Shown here one piece after another: positions 60,517 through 64,000 of a DNA stretch of 64,000 bases. The DNA comes from Alphaproteobacteria bacterium (GTDB lineage Bacteria; Pseudomonadota; Alphaproteobacteria; UBA11073): positions 1,645,639-1,709,638 of the forward strand of contig CBDFFW010000001.1 of the NCBI GenBank assembly GCA_965246945.1, read 5' to 3'. Each line of letters begins with the position of its first letter. Position 1 is the first letter of the stretch. A model generated the notes under the pieces. It made no database searches. It had not been told where the DNA came from and was given only the letters and a program-made list of their open reading frames with translations. The translations under genes and the position numbers were made by a program.

Positions 60517-63500
60517 TTATCTCCGCTCGCTGATATACCCACGCAGGCGGCGATTGGCGACAGCGAGAACGGCGACATCCAATTGCGGCGTGGCGCGCAA
60601 TTCCTGTTCCAGTTTCGACAGCCGTTTGGCCACCACCGGATATTCCGCGCGCCAGGTTTTGATGGCTTGGGCAACATTGCTGCTTTTATTTGCGCCTTGC
60701 AAAATTTGGCTGGTTAGCGCGGCTTGTTGCAACAAAATATCATCATGAATGGCGGCCAAGGCTTGGCGCTGCCAGTAATCCTGCCCCGCCTTGGGCTGGG
60801 TTTGTTCGCGCATCCAGGCCAAGCCCATTTCCTCACCAATCAGGAAATATGTATTGGCTACCAAAGCCAGGGGCAGTTTCAATTTCTGCTGAATTTGCCA
60901 AATATCAAACATATTGGCGATAATGGGTAACTGCGCTAGATTTTGCGTAATTGCTTTTGGTGCCCCTGCTTCCATATATACCGCTTCGCGGGCATGCAGC
61001 GCTGCTTTCTTTTTGGGGCCTAACCACTGCGTTAAATTCTCCCGCAATTCTTTTAAAACAGGTTGGCTTTGTTTGACCAGTTGCGGCAATTGCGTGTGGT
61101 CGGCATTGGCCAATAACCAGGCCGTGGTTTGTTCTTGCAGTTTGATCAAGGTATTGAACATTTGCAGCTGCACATCGTTGCGAATTTTACCGGTCAGCGC
61201 CACGAGCTGATGCCACATGGCGGGAATATCAAATAACTCATGTGCATACCACCAGGCTTGCACGATATCGGCATGTTCCTGGCCCGTGCGGTCAATCAGC
61301 CATTTGACAAAAGTGGGCTCGGTATAATTGATGATATGGTTGGACAGCATCATCGCGGTGATGTTGCGGGCCAGCCGATGATTTTCCAAAGACTTGCCAT
61401 ATTTATCGACCATTTTCGCTGGGAAATATTGTTCCAGCAAAACTTTTTGAATGGCTTGGTTATCAGGCAAAGCAGACTCGCCGATATAATGCACCAACGA
61501 CAATTTGGCATATGATAATAACACGGCAATTTCCGGCCGTGTTAAGCCCTGTTGCTGCTGCATGCGTTCGGCAATGGCCGCATCATCCGGCAAAAATTCA
61601 ACAGTGCGGTCGAGCAAACCAAAGTGTTCCAGCTCGCGGATATAACGCGCATGATGTTCGATCAGTGGGGCAGCCAAATGCGTGCTAATACTCAGCGTTA
61701 GCGATTGCGCGCGGTTATTGGCCAGCACCAATTCGGCCACTTCACCGGTCATTGTTTCCAAGAATTTATTGCGTTCCGGCAGTTTGATTTTGCCATTGCG
61801 CAGCATTTCATTGAAAAATATTTTGATATTTACTTCGTAATCCGAGCTATTTACGCCGGCGGAGTTATCAATAAAATCGGTGTTGAGTTTCACGCCGCTA
61901 TGCGCCGCTTCGATACGGCTCAATTGGGTCATGCCCAAATTCGCGCCTTCGCCAATGACCTGGCAATGCAATTCATTGGCATTAATGCGAATGGCATCAT
62001 TGGCCTTATCGCGCACATCCCCATGCACTTCGTTATGTGCTTTAACATAAGTACCAATACCGCCAAACCATAATAATTCTGTTTGCGCTTTTAAAATCGC
62101 ATGCATCAATTGTTCAGGCGTTAACACCGCATCGGTAATGCCTAAAGAGGCTTGAATTTCTGGCGTCAATTGGCATTGTTTTAAATTACGCGGAAAAATT
62201 TGGCCGCCTTTGGATAGCAATTTGGTATTGTATTGATCCCAATTGCCGACCGCTTTGAACAAGCGCAATCGTTCGTCATAACTGGCTTTGATATCGGGGT
62301 TGGGATCACAAAAAATATGGGTATGGTTAAATGCGGCGGTTAAGCGAATTTGTTTGGAAAGCAACATGCCGTTCCCAAACACATCGCCGCCCATATCACC
62401 AACCCCGATGACATTGAATGGTTCTTTTTGAATATCTTTACCCAATTCAGCGAAATGGCGTTTCACACATTCCCACGCGCCGCGCGCGGTAATGCCCATT
62501 TTTTTATGGTCGTAACCGGCTGACCCGCCCGAGGCAAACGCATCGCCCAGCCAAAAATCATATTCGGCGGCCAAGCCATTGGCGATATCGGAAAATGTCG
62601 CCGTGCCCTTATCGGCGGCGACGACGATATAGGGATCGTTATCATCGTGGCAGACCACATTTATTGGTTTAATGATATCGCTGCCTTTATAATTATCGGC
62701 AATATCCAATAAGCCGCGCACGAATAACTGGTAACAGGCAATACCTTCAGCCTGCTGCGCCTGACGGTCCGCGCCGATTGGCGATTGCTTCACGTAGAAA
62801 CCGCCCTTGGCACCACTGGGTACAATGACCGCGTTTTTGACTTTTTGCGCTTTCATCAAACCTAAAACTTCATCGCGGTAATCTTCGCGCCGGTCGGACC
62901 AGCGAATGCCGCCCCGCGCAATTTTGCTGGACCGCAAATGAATGGCTTCCACGCGCTGGCTATAAACGAAGGTTTCATAAAGCGGGCGCGGGGCGGGCAA
63001 GCCCAACACATCCGCACTTTTTAATTTCAAACTTAAATAGGGTTTGGGTTCGCTATTGCCAGACAGTTGATAATAATTGGTCCGCAATATGGCCATCACC
63101 ACATTCAGCATTCGGCGTAAAATCGTATCCTCATCCGGTGATTTAACTTGGCTTACTTGTTCCAAATAAGCATCGGCCAATGCTTGCGCAGCCTTGCGGC
63201 GTTTTTCCAGCGTTTCTTTGCGTTTGGGATCAAATAAAATGTGGAAAATTTCAATCAATTGCTGCATCAGCGCGGGATAATGCTGCGCGGTTTGCATCAC
63301 ATATAATTGGCTGTATGGTAGGCGGGCTTGCTGCAGATAACGCGCACAGGCGCGCACCACGCGCACTTCGGCCCAAGTGAGTTGGGCTAACACCACCAGG
63401 CTGTTTAACGGATCATTGCCTGTGGCTTTGGCCCAGATATGTTCGAAGCTATCACGGACATTGGCGGCTTCATCTAATAATTGCTGCTCAGGCACCAAAG

Positions 63501-64000
63501 CTTCAATGGTGAATTCGTGAATCCACAATTCTTTGATCGTTGAGGTTGGCACAGGTGCAGTGAAATGGCATGGCAATGGCGTTTCGGCCAATACGCGCAA
63601 ACCCATATTTTCCAGCGTGCTTAACGCATAGGCCAAGGGGACAGGCCCGCCGACATGAAATAGCCGCAGCCGCAACCGGCCATCTTCATAGGCATCGGGC
63701 ACAAAGCGCAGATCAACTTGCGGGCCATCTTGCAGCATATCCACAATCACTTGGATATCGGCGACCGCCGCTTCCGGCGTGGTTTGTTCGCGGTAGGCAA
63801 CACCGAAAATCCGGCCATATTCATCGAAAAACTGGCGGCCTTCGGCCGTGCCATATTGCGCGAATAAGGCATGTCTCAACCTAGCATACCAGGACTGGCC
63901 AATCTGGGCCAATTGCGCTTCGATATCCGTCAAATCCGGTTGCAATAATTCATGATCGCTGTCACGTGCAATGCGGATATGCACACGCACCAATGGGCTT
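60517..64000 (-). CDS. gdh: NAD-specific glutamate dehydrogenase, large (~1600 aa) type; C-terminal ~1160 aa present, N-terminus beyond the window
   Basis: Large GDH central catalytic domain (GGIRWSDRREDYRDEVLGLMKAQKVKNAVIVPSGAKGGF; GDMGGDVFGNGMLL) with long flanking helical regions. The frame is open to the window edge. Confidence 0.9.
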   Translation of the reverse strand, partial: SPLVRVHIRIARDSDHELLQPDLTDIEAQLAQIGQSWYARLRHALFAQYGTAEGRQFFDEYGRIFGVAYREQTTPEAAVADIQVIVDMLQDGPQVDLRFVPDAYEDGRLRLRLFHVGGPVPLAYALSTLENMGLRVLAETPLPCHFTAPVPTSTIKELWIHEFTIEALVPEQQLLDEAANVRDSFEHIWAKATGNDPLNSLVVLAQLTWAEVRVVRACARYLQQARLPYSQLYVMQTAQHYPALMQQLIEIFHILFDPKRKETLEKRRKAAQALADAYLEQVSQVKSPDEDTILRRMLNVVMAILRTNYYQLSGNSEPKPYLSLKLKSADVLGLPAPRPLYETFVYSQRVEAIHLRSSKIARGGIRWSDRREDYRDEVLGLMKAQKVKNAVIVPSGAKGGFYVKQSPIGADRQAQQAEGIACYQLFVRGLLDIADNYKGSDIIKPINVVCHDDNDPYIVVAADKGTATFSDIANGLAAEYDFWLGDAFASGGSAGYDHKKMGITARGAWECVKRHFAELGKDIQKEPFNVIGVGDMGGDVFGNGMLLSKQIRLTAAFNHTHIFCDPNPDIKASYDERLRLFKAVGNWDQYNTKLLSKGGQIFPRNLKQCQLTPEIQASLGITDAVLTPEQLMHAILKAQTELLWFGGIGTYVKAHNEVHGDVRDKANDAIRINANELHCQVIGEGANLGMTQLSRIEAAHSGVKLNTDFIDNSAGVNSSDYEVNIKIFFNEMLRNGKIKLPERNKFLETMTGEVAELVLANNRAQSLTLSISTHLAAPLIEHHARYIRELEHFGLLDRTVEFLPDDAAIAERMQQQQGLTRPEIAVLLSYAKLSLVHYIGESALPDNQAIQKVLLEQYFPAKMVDKYGKSLENHRLARNITAMMLSNHIINYTEPTFVKWLIDRTGQEHADIVQAWWYAHELFDIPAMWHQLVALTGKIRNDVQLQMFNTLIKLQEQTTAWLLANADHTQLPQLVKQSQPVLKELRENLTQWLGPKKKAALHAREAVYMEAGAPKAITQNLAQLPIIANMFDIWQIQQKLKLPLALVANTYFLIGEEMGLAWMREQTQPKAGQDYWQRQALAAIHDDILLQQAALTSQILQGANKSSNVAQAIKTWRAEYPVVAKRLSKLEQELRATPQLDVAVLAVANRRLRGYISERR

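Overview
This 64 kb window looks like a chromosomal segment of a proteobacterium; the features below suggest an alphaproteobacterium. I cannot compute GC content here; by eye the backbone is roughly 50% GC and several short AT-rich islets interrupt it. Recognisable genes fill most of the window. The taxonomic hints are an HslV with an N-terminal propeptide, adjacent hrcA-grpE, sucCD, a large NAD-dependent glutamate dehydrogenase and a ChvI/ChvG-like two-component pair.

Core genes, in order: a DsbA-family oxidoreductase, mutM, ubiE, coaBC, hslVU, tsaE, a MurU-like nucleotidyltransferase, grpE/hrcA, leuS, a PLP-dependent threonine dehydratase family gene, accD, purF, a tRNA with a CAT anticodon, dps, ymdB, ligA, two sensor kinases plus an OmpR-family regulator, an lpxH-like/glycosyltransferase/waaA/trmJ block, glyA, murI, sufCD, hisZ, purA, sucCD, guaB, cheR, a cheY-like receiver, fliL and the 3' part of a large gdh. 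Two type II toxin-antitoxin pairs are present: yefM-yoeB and a Phd-type antitoxin with a VapC PIN toxin. I saw no rRNA, CRISPR array, transposase or prophage.

The parts I consider most worth a second look:
- Two families of short palindromic repeat elements, interpreted here as MITE-like; both bracket small GIY-YIG nuclease genes, one intact and one frameshifted. Family A is about 108 bp with 16-bp terminal inverted repeats and occurs three times. Family B is a set of hairpins with GTCATCCCG at their ends.
- A 666-aa tail-anchored protein whose N-terminal domain reads as a protein-kinase fold with every catalytic residue substituted (VAIK Lys to Leu, HRD to HGS, DFG to QCF). It is translationally coupled to a small four-helix membrane protein, followed by a Tat-signal lipoprotein, and sits beside a divergent unknown gene. 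This is the best candidate for an undescribed module.
- A bacterial SET-domain protein.
- Several AT-rich orphan genes, one next to the tRNA, that resemble horizontally acquired or effector-like cargo.

All calls rest on reading motifs in the supplied six-frame translations and the raw sequence. No database searches were run, and coordinates I derived by hand may be off by 1-2 nt.
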